Source: Coleofasciculaceae cyanobacterium | GTDB lineage: Bacteria > Cyanobacteriota > Vampirovibrionia > Vampirovibrionales > Vampirovibrionaceae | Length of the DNA stretch: 64,000 nt | Direction: 5' to 3' | Assembly: GCA_036703295.1 (NCBI GenBank) | Contig: DATNPJ010000027.1 | Coordinates: 32,838-96,837, forward strand | Shown: piece by piece, positions 37,107-46,031 of the stretch | Layout of the letters: each line of letters begins with the position of its first letter | Position numbering within the stretch: the stretch's first letter is position 1 | Notes under the pieces: generated by a model | What the model saw: only the letters and a program-made list of their open reading frames with translations | Databases searched by the model: none | Told to the model about the DNA's origin: nothing | Made by a program: the position numbers and the translations under genes

Positions 37107-37529
37107 ATGGCCACATTTGCGCCGAATTCAATGATGACGTTTACAAACCCGTTCCTGAACGGCAGTTCGGGCAGGAATCCATTGGCTGCTATCAATGTGT
37201 TGAACACATGGCGATTCGGAGGCGCAGCTTCCACAGTGGAATTGCAGGGCAATGCCTTCAACCAGGGGATTGGCGTGGGGGCATCTCCATTCGGACAAAC
37301 GGGCGTGCCGCCGATGAATGGCGGTTTTACAGGCTTTATGCCGCAAACCCAGGGATTTCCCACCGGCGCTTTCGATGCCGGGTTTATGAATCCGGGCTTT
37401 GCGTGGAACGCGGGGTTCTTCAATAATGGCGGAATTGACACCGGGTTTCTGAATGCCGGTTTCAGCCCGTTCACACAGTTCCCTTCAGTGTCGCAGCCCT
37501 CGTTTGGGCCGATGGGTTTCTTCGTATAA
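37107..37529 (+). CDS. Gly/Phe-repeat low-complexity protein (hypothetical, possibly secreted)
   Basis: ATG at 37107 preceded by a GAGAG RBS. Product is rich in GF/FG dipeptides ('GFTGFMPQTQGFPTGAFDAGFMNPGFAWNAGFFNNGGIDTGFLNAGFSPF'). Confidence 0.45.
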   Translation: MATFAPNSMMTFTNPFLNGSSGRNPLAAINVLNTWRFGGAASTVELQGNAFNQGIGVGASPFGQTGVPPMNGGFTGFMPQTQGFPTGAFDAGFMNPGFAWNAGFFNNGGIDTGFLNAGFSPFTQFPSVSQPSFGPMGFFV

Positions 37530-37566
37530 CCCGAAACCGCTGCCCTTGACTCATGACCATCAAGGT

Positions 37567-39813
37567 TTATCGGGTCTCTGCGCTTGTGGGTTTTGTATGG
37601 CCAAACATGGTTTCGGCGATGTCTTTCAGCTGGTGAAAGCGGTGAATGTTAACCAGCTTCGGCAGAATATGCAGGGTTCCTGATTGGTTGAGAACCCGAT
37701 GATGGGTGCGCCCATCGGCACCGCGCCAGAACTCCAGGCTGATGCGGGCTTGTCCCACCCGCAGGTTATACAGTTTTAGCTCAGGCAGCCAGTCCGGCAG
37801 GTGGGGTTCCAGCAGCAGCAATTTCAGCGGGGCAAACGGATACAGCCCCAGCATCGCCTGAATCATGATGGGAATCGCGCTGGAGGACCAGGCCTGGGGC
37901 ATGCAGGAATTGGGATAAACCGAGGGCATGGGATGCTCCGCGTCCCGAGGATGTCCGCTAATGGCTTCCGGCAATCGGCCATACTCAAAAAAGTTGCTGG
38001 CATCAAAAACCGCTTTGGCCAGGGTGTTTGCTTCCCGGTGGTGTCCGTAGCGGACAAAGGCCATGCAGAAGGTGCCGTTTTCAACCGGCCAGACCGTCCC
38101 CAAGTGGTAGGCATACGGATTAAAAGCGGGGTTTTGGGTGGATAGCGTACGCAACCCCCAGCCGGAAAACAAATCCGGTTGCAGCATGCGTGCAATCGTT
38201 TGGGCGGCCCTGTCTTCGGGAATGATGCCCGAAACCAGGCAGTGCCCCGGATTGGAAGTAATGCTGGAAACTTGTCTTTTCTCCGCATCCAGCGCCAGCG
38301 CGTAGTACCCCTCCTCCGGCATCCAGAAGGCCTGATTAAACTTTTCTTTCAGCGCATGCGCTTCCGCCAGCAATTGTTCGGACCTTTTAAAATCGCGCAA
38401 CGCCGAATACAAAATCGCGCTGCGGATCTTGGCCTCGTAAACCCATGCCTGTTCCTCGCAGGTGGCGGTGGGAGGCTCTATCTGCCGGCCATCCGCACCC
38501 ACAATCCCTTCATTGGAATCCTTCCAGCCCTGGTTTTTCAACCCCTGGGAAGAGCGCGTTCTATATTCATACAAGCCGTCCCCGTCGAGATCTCCAAACT
38601 GCTCAATCCAAGCCAGTGCCCGTTCCATGTGGGGCAAATTCTCCCGGATAAAGTGCAGATCCCCGGTCCAATGGAAGTACTCGGAAAGCACGATGAGATA
38701 GAGCGGCGTGGACGTAGTGGAGCCGTAGTAGCGCTGCTGGGGCAGCCGGTTCAGCAAAGATAACGGCCCCAGTCGGGCCTCATGAAGCATCTTGCCCGGC
38801 TGCTCGTCCCGCCAGTCATCGAAGTGGTCGGCCTGGTAGCGGTTCATCATCATCACGGCGCCCCGCATCATCTGGGGGCTGTACAGCCCGGCCTGCCAAC
38901 CGGAGGTCAGGCAATCCCGCCCGAAAATCCCTACATAATTGGGCAACCCCGCCACCGGTATCCAGGCATCCGGTCGGGGGTCCTCATCCCAGAGCCGCAT
39001 GCTGACCAGGTCGAACTTGGCGGTTTCAAAGGCCTTCATCACCGCATGATTGGTAGTCTGGATTGCGGCAGCTTCGCGTAACCAGCGTTCTTTTTTGCCT
39101 TCAGTCGGTAAATCCCGGCTTTTGGGGCATCCCAGGCAACCGTACACCGGCATCTCGCGGCGCCCGTTGAAAACCGGCGCGACATCGGTGCAAATCTTTA
39201 TTTTTTCCCCCACGCGCAGGGTGGTTTCCCAGCGCAGATAATTGCCGTGAAACGTGGCCGGGATTTCCGAATGCACGCGCACCATCAAGCCATGCTGCAC
39301 GCCTTCAATTTGGTAGTGCCAGGTCAGGGTCTGCTGCGCCTGCTCCCAGTGGAGGCTGGTTTCTCCGCATTGCTGCCGTTCGCCCTGCAAGGTCTCGAAC
39401 ATATCCATAAAGTCGGCCTGCAAGAAGAGCTTGAGCTGAAGGGTTTTATGAGTGGGGCAGTAATTTTCCACGATGAAATCTTCATGCATTCCTTGCCCAA
39501 TCAGGCGATTAATTTGAACCTGCAGGGTTTGTCCCGGATAACCCGATTCCAACTGTGTCCGGTAATAGCCTTGCAGTTTATCCGAATCGAGGGGCTGTAC
39601 AACAACCGGAATCAGGGGCTCTCCGTCTATTTTCCACTGGTAGCGTGCCAGATAGCGCGTATCCCGCTCGTACAGCCCATGGTCCTCGCGGCCATCGATT
39701 TCCCCGTCCAGACTGGTCGCCAGTACCGTGTAGCCGTTCTGAAACGAAAGCGTATGGGGGCGCACCCGAATCCTCGGCAGCACCGGCTGGGCAACCTGAA
39801 ATTCCGACGCCAT
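37567..39813 (-). CDS. Glycogen debranching enzyme-type amylo-alpha-1,6-glucosidase family protein
   Basis: 748 aa. N-terminal GDE_N-like region. C-terminal (alpha/alpha)6 barrel blocks ('GIFGRDCLTSGWQ', 'YHLGTVWPVENG'). Confidence 0.65.
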   Translation of the reverse strand: MASEFQVAQPVLPRIRVRPHTLSFQNGYTVLATSLDGEIDGREDHGLYERDTRYLARYQWKIDGEPLIPVVVQPLDSDKLQGYYRTQLESGYPGQTLQVQINRLIGQGMHEDFIVENYCPTHKTLQLKLFLQADFMDMFETLQGERQQCGETSLHWEQAQQTLTWHYQIEGVQHGLMVRVHSEIPATFHGNYLRWETTLRVGEKIKICTDVAPVFNGRREMPVYGCLGCPKSRDLPTEGKKERWLREAAAIQTTNHAVMKAFETAKFDLVSMRLWDEDPRPDAWIPVAGLPNYVGIFGRDCLTSGWQAGLYSPQMMRGAVMMMNRYQADHFDDWRDEQPGKMLHEARLGPLSLLNRLPQQRYYGSTTSTPLYLIVLSEYFHWTGDLHFIRENLPHMERALAWIEQFGDLDGDGLYEYRTRSSQGLKNQGWKDSNEGIVGADGRQIEPPTATCEEQAWVYEAKIRSAILYSALRDFKRSEQLLAEAHALKEKFNQAFWMPEEGYYALALDAEKRQVSSITSNPGHCLVSGIIPEDRAAQTIARMLQPDLFSGWGLRTLSTQNPAFNPYAYHLGTVWPVENGTFCMAFVRYGHHREANTLAKAVFDASNFFEYGRLPEAISGHPRDAEHPMPSVYPNSCMPQAWSSSAIPIMIQAMLGLYPFAPLKLLLLEPHLPDWLPELKLYNLRVGQARISLEFWRGADGRTHHRVLNQSGTLHILPKLVNIHRFHQLKDIAETMFGHTKPTSAETR

Positions 39814-40012
39814 CGCATCCCCCTTGGCCGGTTATTCCAGATAGATTGTAGTTTTTTCCAGGGCACTTTCAATTGGCAAAGCAGGGGCACCAATCGCCCA
39901 ATCGTCTAGCTTTGACAGCCAGTCGGGTTCTTGGGCGGCAGGCACCCCTTTAAGCCGGAATCCAGAACTTGGAGACAAGCCGCTGGCCCTTGAAAATGCC
40001 GATGGGGGGCTG

Positions 40013-40798
40013 TCAGGCCGCGTGTTTCAGCGCCTTCACGATCCCCGACAAGGTCTTGTAGTCCTTAATTTCTTGTTCGGACAAGGCGGAAAGCAAGGCA
40101 AAGACGCGTCTGGAAGTTGAATCCTTACTGTCGTCCAGGCTCAAAGCCCCTTCCAGAGAGGCCATGTAGCGAGGCTCGTCCAGCAAGTCCGTCGTCTTGG
40201 TGATGGTGACGGCATGGGTATCGCTGGGTGCTTTTGGATTCAACATGAAAGCCGCCGCCCTCAAATACTTATAGAGGTTGGTCGGTGATTCTAGCAGGTC
40301 CTTTTTCATGTATTCGAAGTAGCCGTTGGCATGGCGCAGCTCATCGTCGGCAATTCGCCTGAAGATGTCTTTCCCGACCGGCTCGGACAGCCAATGAGAG
40401 ATGCCCCGGTACCACATGGCCAGCCGGTGCTCGCTTAGGAAGTGAATCATGAGGATAGTCTGCTTGTCGCCGGGGGGTATGCTCATGCGCATGTGCTGAA
40501 ATTCAGCCGTCGAAATATCAACGCCGACCTGGGCCAAGTATCTTTTCAGCACCAGCGTGTGCTTCATCTCTTCGTAGTACCAGATGGAAACAAAGCTGGA
40601 GAAATCGATATCATCATAGAAATCCCGAATGAAGGCTTCTGCGGCAAACAGGGAGCCAACTTCCGTCAGGCAGATATTCCGGATGTTTTCTTTCTGGTAA
40701 TCCGTCAGTTTTTCCGGCTGAACGGCCTGCCAGTCGATATCCGTTTCCATGTTCCAGCGCACGCGCTCAAGCTTGGCAAACAGTTTTTCGTATAGCAT
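40013..40798 (-). CDS. Ferritin-like diiron-carboxylate protein (acyl-ACP desaturase/AurF-like superfamily)
   Basis: 261 aa with two E...ExxH motifs ('YYEEMKHTL', 'ADDELRHANGYFEY'), characteristic of diiron oxygenase four-helix bundles. Confidence 0.45.
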   Translation of the reverse strand: MLYEKLFAKLERVRWNMETDIDWQAVQPEKLTDYQKENIRNICLTEVGSLFAAEAFIRDFYDDIDFSSFVSIWYYEEMKHTLVLKRYLAQVGVDISTAEFQHMRMSIPPGDKQTILMIHFLSEHRLAMWYRGISHWLSEPVGKDIFRRIADDELRHANGYFEYMKKDLLESPTNLYKYLRAAAFMLNPKAPSDTHAVTITKTTDLLDEPRYMASLEGALSLDDSKDSTSRRVFALLSALSEQEIKDYKTLSGIVKALKHAA

Positions 40799-40813
40799 TG
40801 CAACCTCCTAGTC

Positions 40814-41944
40814 TCAGGCAAGCGCCGGGACTTCCGCTCTGGCCAGAGTGCCGTTGGCAGTTCTTCGGATTTTCTTGAGCTGATGGAGTTCGCCACGTTC
40901 CACAAAGGTATACGCGCGCCCGGAACTGCCTGCGCGCCCGGTCCGGCCGATGCGGTGGATATAATTTTCCATATCCTGTGGCACGTCATAGTTGAAGACG
41001 GCTTCGATGTTGCGTACATCAATGCCTCGGGCCGCCACGTCGGTGGCCACCAGAAACCGGATAATGCCCTTGCGGAAGCCATTCATGACCCTGTCCCGCC
41101 GGGGCTGGGTCAGCCCGCCATGCAGGCCATCGGCAGGATAGCCTTGATCCCGCAGCATCTGGACCAGATCATCCACTTGGCGCTTGGTGTTGCAGAATAC
41201 CAGTGCCAACTTCAGGCCGTGGTTTTCGATTAAATAAACCAGGGCATCCAGTTTCTTGCGTCTCTGGACTTCCACGTACATCTGTTCAATCTGGGTGACT
41301 TCCTGGGGCGGTTGCTCAACCTTGACATGATACGGTTCCCGCTGGTAGTTGCCGGCCAGTTCCAGAATGGGGTGGGACATGGTGGCCGAGAACAGCACGG
41401 TTTGCCGGGTGCGCGGCGTTGCCTTCAGGATGGTTTCAATATCATCCCGGAATCCCATATCCAGCATCTCGTCCGCTTCATCCAGAACCACCGTTTTGAT
41501 GGTATTCAGACGAATCGAGCCGCGCCGGTAGTGATCCAGCAGGCGTCCCGGTGTGCCCACGATAATCTGGGGGTTTCTGGACAGGGCACGGAACTGGCGC
41601 GCAATCGGCTCGCCCCCGTAAATGGAAACCACGGAAAGGTCCGGCCGATGGGTCATCAGCTTCCGGAACTCCTCGGCCACCTGCATGGCCAGTTCGCGGG
41701 TCGGACAAATGACCAGCGCCTGGATTTGCTTTCTGGCGCCGGTTTCCAAACGCTCAATCACCGGGATGGCGAAGGCGGCGGTTTTACCGGTTCCGGTACG
41801 GGCCTGGCCAATGATGTCCCGGCCTTCCAAGAGCAGCGGAATGGTTTCGGCCTGAATCGGAGAAGCCTCCTGAAACCCCATTTCGCGGATGCTTTGTAGG
41901 ATCTCTGGAGATAAAGGGAGATTTTCAAACGATAATAAAGTCAT
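40814..41944 (-). CDS. DEAD-box ATP-dependent RNA helicase
   Basis: 376 aa. Q-motif, Walker A 'AQTGTGKT', 'PTRELA', 'DEAD', 'SAT', 'HRIGRTGRAG' all present. No C-terminal extension. Confidence 0.9.
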   Translation of the reverse strand: MTLLSFENLPLSPEILQSIREMGFQEASPIQAETIPLLLEGRDIIGQARTGTGKTAAFAIPVIERLETGARKQIQALVICPTRELAMQVAEEFRKLMTHRPDLSVVSIYGGEPIARQFRALSRNPQIIVGTPGRLLDHYRRGSIRLNTIKTVVLDEADEMLDMGFRDDIETILKATPRTRQTVLFSATMSHPILELAGNYQREPYHVKVEQPPQEVTQIEQMYVEVQRRKKLDALVYLIENHGLKLALVFCNTKRQVDDLVQMLRDQGYPADGLHGGLTQPRRDRVMNGFRKGIIRFLVATDVAARGIDVRNIEAVFNYDVPQDMENYIHRIGRTGRAGSSGRAYTFVERGELHQLKKIRRTANGTLARAEVPALA

Positions 41945-42147
41945 GCAGACCTGCTTTCTAGGCTCTAGGCAACAGCCGACACGGCCTTCGAAAGCCAGAG
42001 CCTGTTTAAAACAAGTCCAAACCTCTGTTTAAAGCGAGGTCTGGACTGTTTGCTTGTGTATTTTTCTGATGAACTTTGCAGGCGTAATCCCGGTTAAGGG
42101 CCGCCTGTTCAGTTCAATTGAGTGCTTTGGACCACGCAAGCGCTTCC

Positions 42148-42552
42148 CTAGTAGGAAGCGCTGTTTTGGAAGCAATCGCGGCAATAAACCGGCTTGGTTC
42201 CGTTTGGCTGGAATGGCACCTGGGTGTTCACACCGCAGCTTGCGCAAACCGCATCGTACAGTTGCCGTTGAGGACGACCGTATCCGCCGCCGCCGCCGTA
42301 GCTACCGCCACCGCCGCCACCGTATCCGCCGCTACGTCCGCCGCCATAACCGCCGCCGCCGCCACGGTTTTGTTTGGCCGCATCACGGCAAGGCTTGCAC
42401 TTGCGCGGGGGCTGGAAGCCCTTCGATTCGTAAAACTCTTGTTCTTCCTGCGTGAAGGAGAACTCTGTGCCGCAAGCAGCACATTGGATTTGGGTTGCAG
42501 TCATTTTCTCGAACCTCGTTGATATAAATAGTTGATAACTTCCCAATTTCAA
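42148..42552 (-). CDS. Glycine-rich zinc-ribbon protein (two CxxC pairs at each end flanking a GGY/RGG-like Gly stretch)
   Basis: Probable start at M17 (about 42504). 'CAACG...CKPC' then 'GGGGGYGGGRSGGYGGGGGGSYGGGGGYG' then 'CASCG...CRDC'. Directly upstream of, and co-oriented with, the DEAD-box helicase gene. Confidence 0.55.
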   Translation of the reverse strand: MKLGSYQLFISTRFEKMTATQIQCAACGTEFSFTQEEQEFYESKGFQPPRKCKPCRDAAKQNRGGGGGYGGGRSGGYGGGGGGSYGGGGGYGRPQRQLYDAVCASCGVNTQVPFQPNGTKPVYCRDCFQNSASY

Positions 42553-42725
42553 GCGGAGGTCCGTTTAGACTGTTGATAGAAACAAACCCGTACTAAAAAT
42601 CGTTGCTGTCAGTATGACCGGTTTCACTTCGGATTACAACCCCCTCTGCTTTCCCTAGCGTTTGTATTCGCAGACGACATGTGCCAAGATAGGAAGTCGC
42701 GACCCAAGAAAGAAAGTGGTGTTCC

Positions 42726-43016
42726 ATGCAACGCAGCTACCCCAGAAACCCCCAACTACAGAGAGTGAAAGGGGTACTCATATTTAAAAGCGAGATGGAA
42801 GACCCCGTACAGACCGCATCCGAGCTTCTCAAGTCCCTGCAATGCGAAATCCTGTCCAGCCGGGATAACCGCATCACTATTTCAACCAGCCGGGGAAACT
42901 TGCAAAGTATTAAAGAATGCTGGCTGGCCAATGATCCCGGTAATAATTTAAGCCAGCGGCTGAATGAGCACCTTGAGCAAATTATCATTGGCGGTAATTT
43001 GCACGACAACAATTAA
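42726..43016 (+). CDS. Hypothetical small protein
   Basis: 96 aa ORF. No recognisable family. Weak. Confidence 0.25.
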   Translation: MQRSYPRNPQLQRVKGVLIFKSEMEDPVQTASELLKSLQCEILSSRDNRITISTSRGNLQSIKECWLANDPGNNLSQRLNEHLEQIIIGGNLHDNN

Positions 43017-43252
43017 TCCCCGCTCCTCTTGGTTTCATGCGTTATACATTCCCTTGTTTTACAAGGTTTCAAACTGCTTTTCTTGAAATTCCCCGGCGGC
43101 TTATGGGTGAGTTCACGAAGTTTTTTGCGGCATCGCTTTTTACAAAATTTTAACCGGGTAGGTAATTTTGTAAGCAGGGCTCCTGCTGTATGCTGGCAAC
43201 TTTGGGTATTTTATAGCTACGAGCGTAGCGAAAATGCAGTAAAGGGCTGGCA

Positions 43253-43528
43253 ATGGAGCGGAATAAGAAACTGAGGTATCGAATTGCCGTTAGCTATGAA
43301 TCGAATCACTTCGTTGAGGCGGATAGTCCGGAAGAAGCCGTTCAAATCTGGCAGAAAGAGATGATGCTTGACCACGTCCCCTACAAAATCAAAGCACAAG
43401 AATGGATTAAGGGTGGCTTTAGATTGGTGCTAGAGTTGCAAGCGCATTTGAGCCAAGAAGACCGAGATGTTTTAGGTGAATCCATTAGTATCGGAAATGT
43501 CAACAAATCCGGGGAAAATATAAGATAA
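43253..43528 (+). CDS. Hypothetical small protein
   Basis: 91 aa ORF with upstream GGAG-like RBS. No recognisable family. Confidence 0.3.
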   Translation: MERNKKLRYRIAVSYESNHFVEADSPEEAVQIWQKEMMLDHVPYKIKAQEWIKGGFRLVLELQAHLSQEDRDVLGESISIGNVNKSGENIR

Positions 43529-43587
43529 AACGCCAGTACTAAAACCACAATCATCAAATCAACAGTAAGGGTAAAAAAAACAGACCT

Positions 43588-43607
43588 CCTGTTGGACAAG
43601 TTTCGAA
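43588..43607. repeat. 20-nt motif cctgTtggacaagtttcgaa (copy A of 2)
   Basis: 19/20 identical to a second copy at 47937-47956. Both follow A/T runs in intergenic DNA. Confidence 0.6.
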
Positions 43608-43790
43608 CGACGCTTTATTCCGTTGATGTCTCCGGTATCTGATCAATACGGGCTCTTTTAACGCTGAGCCGTTGACAATCGCTCCCCATCAACCTTGCTC
43701 TTCCTGCGCCAGTAGTGCAACAAGTTGAGCTGAGGCTCCGCATGGTGCGCTGACGCGGTCGAAAGCACTCAATCTGCGAACAAAGAGAGC

Positions 43791-44381
43791 TTAGGATGCA
43801 AAATCAACTTCAATCGACTTTGCCCTTGCGGCCTGGAAGGACCACTCCAGTTCCTTGCCTTGGTTTTCAACCTGATCTGCATTGGAGGCAATCGGTGGCC
43901 GCAAAAAACCCAACTTCAGGTTGTAGTGTATGGAAGAATCCGCATGAGCGTCCGCTGTTTCCAGCGCCTTCAAATCGAGCACCGTCTTTACGCGAAACCG
44001 TCTGCCTTCCGGCACAAGCTGCAATGACACTTGATCCAGGATATGCGGCAAACTGTCAGCCTGGTTGATTTCATCCGGATCCAAACGTCGTTTGGCCGTG
44101 AAGCCGATTAAATGTTCGTCTTTCAATGCCGTCACCTGGTATCCTTGCTTTTGCAGGGATTGTTGAAGATCACAGATAAAGCGCTTTGCTTCCGGTGAGG
44201 TCACATCGGGATCCGCATACACGCCAAAGTACAGGCCCACCGGACCGACCCCAAAACCGACCCCCACGGAGCAACCGCTCAGTAGGCAAAGCCCTGCCAG
44301 CATCAAGCTGATGAAACCTGATTTTCCGTACCAGCTCGGTTTATTCATCAAGTGGCCTCCCGTCACTGCGAGTTCCACCAC
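43791..44381 (-). CDS. Lipoprotein (hypothetical)
   Basis: 196 aa. Signal peptide with lipobox 'LLSGC'. No recognisable mature domain. Confidence 0.55.
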   Translation of the reverse strand: MVELAVTGGHLMNKPSWYGKSGFISLMLAGLCLLSGCSVGVGFGVGPVGLYFGVYADPDVTSPEAKRFICDLQQSLQKQGYQVTALKDEHLIGFTAKRRLDPDEINQADSLPHILDQVSLQLVPEGRRFRVKTVLDLKALETADAHADSSIHYNLKLGFLRPPIASNADQVENQGKELEWSFQAARAKSIEVDFAS

Positions 44382-44515
44382 TATTCAATAAGCGGCATGC
44401 AGATCTCAATTCACCAGCCGAACAATGAAAAATGTTGAATACAATCGACCTTCTAATACCTCGACTCCAGGTTTTATGGTAACTAAACAAGAAAGAAATC
44501 GATCAACTTGGAGGA

Positions 44516-45013
44516 TTGTGTATGCAAAAGCTGGGTAGCCTGTTTTGCGCACTGCTGGCTGCATGCCTGCTGGCACAGCCCGGATGGGCGCAGGATGATT
44601 GCACAAAGGTGTATGCTCAACAAATAAAAGACATCCGGCGAGAATACGCGAAGTTTGCGGACCGGGCGAATCTAACGACCGATCAAAGAAGCCGTTTGCA
44701 TGCAATCAAGCAAGCCACGGATCAGCAGGTTGAGTCCATATCCAGGACAATTGTCGACAAGCAGCGCGCACTGATTCAGTATCTTTTCAGTCCAGGGGCA
44801 ACGCAAGCCACGGCAGAGCAATTGACACAGGAAATTGCGCAGATGAGATGCCAGATTGCATTCTTGAAATTGGGTGCGTTGACGCAGGCCAGAAACGTCA
44901 TGACGGAAGAACAACAGCGCCAGTTTGCCTTGTTCCACCAGCAGATCATTACTTCAATGGCAAACAAATATCCCGCCTGCCTGCAACCTCTGTCACACGC
45001 CGCATCGGAGTAG
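44516..45013 (+). CDS. Periplasmic LTxxQ-motif protein (Spy/CpxP family-like)
   Basis: 165 aa. Signal peptide, then repeated LTxxQ motifs ('LTTDQRSRL', 'LTQEIAQM', 'LTQARNVMTEEQQRQF'). Confidence 0.55.
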   Translation: MCMQKLGSLFCALLAACLLAQPGWAQDDCTKVYAQQIKDIRREYAKFADRANLTTDQRSRLHAIKQATDQQVESISRTIVDKQRALIQYLFSPGATQATAEQLTQEIAQMRCQIAFLKLGALTQARNVMTEEQQRQFALFHQQIITSMANKYPACLQPLSHAASE

Positions 45014-45119
45014 CGGCTGACCGTGAGCAATACCGTAAGTGTTCAATTCAACAGCACTCAAGCCAGCTTGCCCATCCTGGTTGACGGCTCTATAAAGCAT
45101 CCGCTGATGCCGCACTGCC

Positions 45120-45935
45120 TTAGCCTGCTTCCAGTTCAACCGTGTCGGTTACCAGCCGCACGGGAGGCCGTAGGGAATGCGCGGGCAGCACCGAATCCAG
45201 GCGGTAATGTCCCAGCAGACTGTTCCAGCCGATTTTCACCAAGCTGAAAAACATGACACTGGAATCAGTAATTAAGTTGACCTTGGAGCCCGGCTGGTTA
45301 TTCCAGTTGACCGGTACTTCCACAACAGGAATCCGGTTGCACAAAGCAGCGTGTAAGATTTCCACATCAAAGGCGAAGCCTTTCAGGGTCTGCTTCTCAA
45401 AAAGCTCCGCCGCTATATTTGCCGGAAATAATTTAAAGCCGCATTGGGTATCCTGGATACCGGGGGTCAGCAAAAACAGCAGGCTGTTAAAAATGCGTCC
45501 GATGATTTTGCGGTGGAACGCTGTTTTCACGCGTGTGGATGACGTATCCCTGCTTCGAGAGCCGATCACAATACTATAGGGCTGGGTTCTGAAGGCCTCA
45601 TCCAGGCGTTCGAGTTCCTCGATGGGCGTTGCTCCATCCGCGTCCAGTACCAAAATGGCTTTACCCCGGGCTTGCCGGATACCATGTCGCACGGCGTTCC
45701 CCTTGCCCTGGTTCTGCGAATATCCGTCAAGTCGGATGATCGGATAAGTGTTAGCCCAGTTCTGGACTAACTGGCTGGTTCCATCGGCACTGCCGTCATC
45801 GACGACGATAATTTCAGATGAAAAAGGCTGGCTGGCCAGATAACCAGTCAGTGTGTCCAGCGTCTTGCTTAGCCGGAGTTCTTCATTACATGCCGGAATT
45901 ACCACAGACAGGTGACAGGGGTTGCCAGTTTCCAT
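45120..45935 (-). CDS. Glycosyltransferase family 2 (ArnC / polyprenyl-phosphate glycosyltransferase-like)
   Basis: 271 aa. 'LSVVIPACNEE', 'IIVVDDGSADGT', 'VLDADG' GT2 motifs. C-terminal TM typical of ArnC/DPM1-like enzymes. Confidence 0.8.
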   Translation of the reverse strand: METGNPCHLSVVIPACNEELRLSKTLDTLTGYLASQPFSSEIIVVDDGSADGTSQLVQNWANTYPIIRLDGYSQNQGKGNAVRHGIRQARGKAILVLDADGATPIEELERLDEAFRTQPYSIVIGSRSRDTSSTRVKTAFHRKIIGRIFNSLLFLLTPGIQDTQCGFKLFPANIAAELFEKQTLKGFAFDVEILHAALCNRIPVVEVPVNWNNQPGSKVNLITDSSVMFFSLVKIGWNSLLGHYRLDSVLPAHSLRPPVRLVTDTVELEAG

Positions 45936-46031
45936 GATCTGATGCCCTTGAAATTATCTTCTAATCTTACTACTACTTCCAATCTTCTAGTCAGAATAAG
46001 CAGAAAGTTTGCTAATAGCAAACCGACCAGC

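Noticed and set aside
42054-42522. Two + strand ORFs (133-134 aa, Ala/Arg/Thr-rich) opposite the Gly-rich zinc-ribbon gene
   Set aside because: They are generated by the GGC/GCC-repeat DNA that encodes the poly-Gly stretch on the other strand. They have no start context or motifs.
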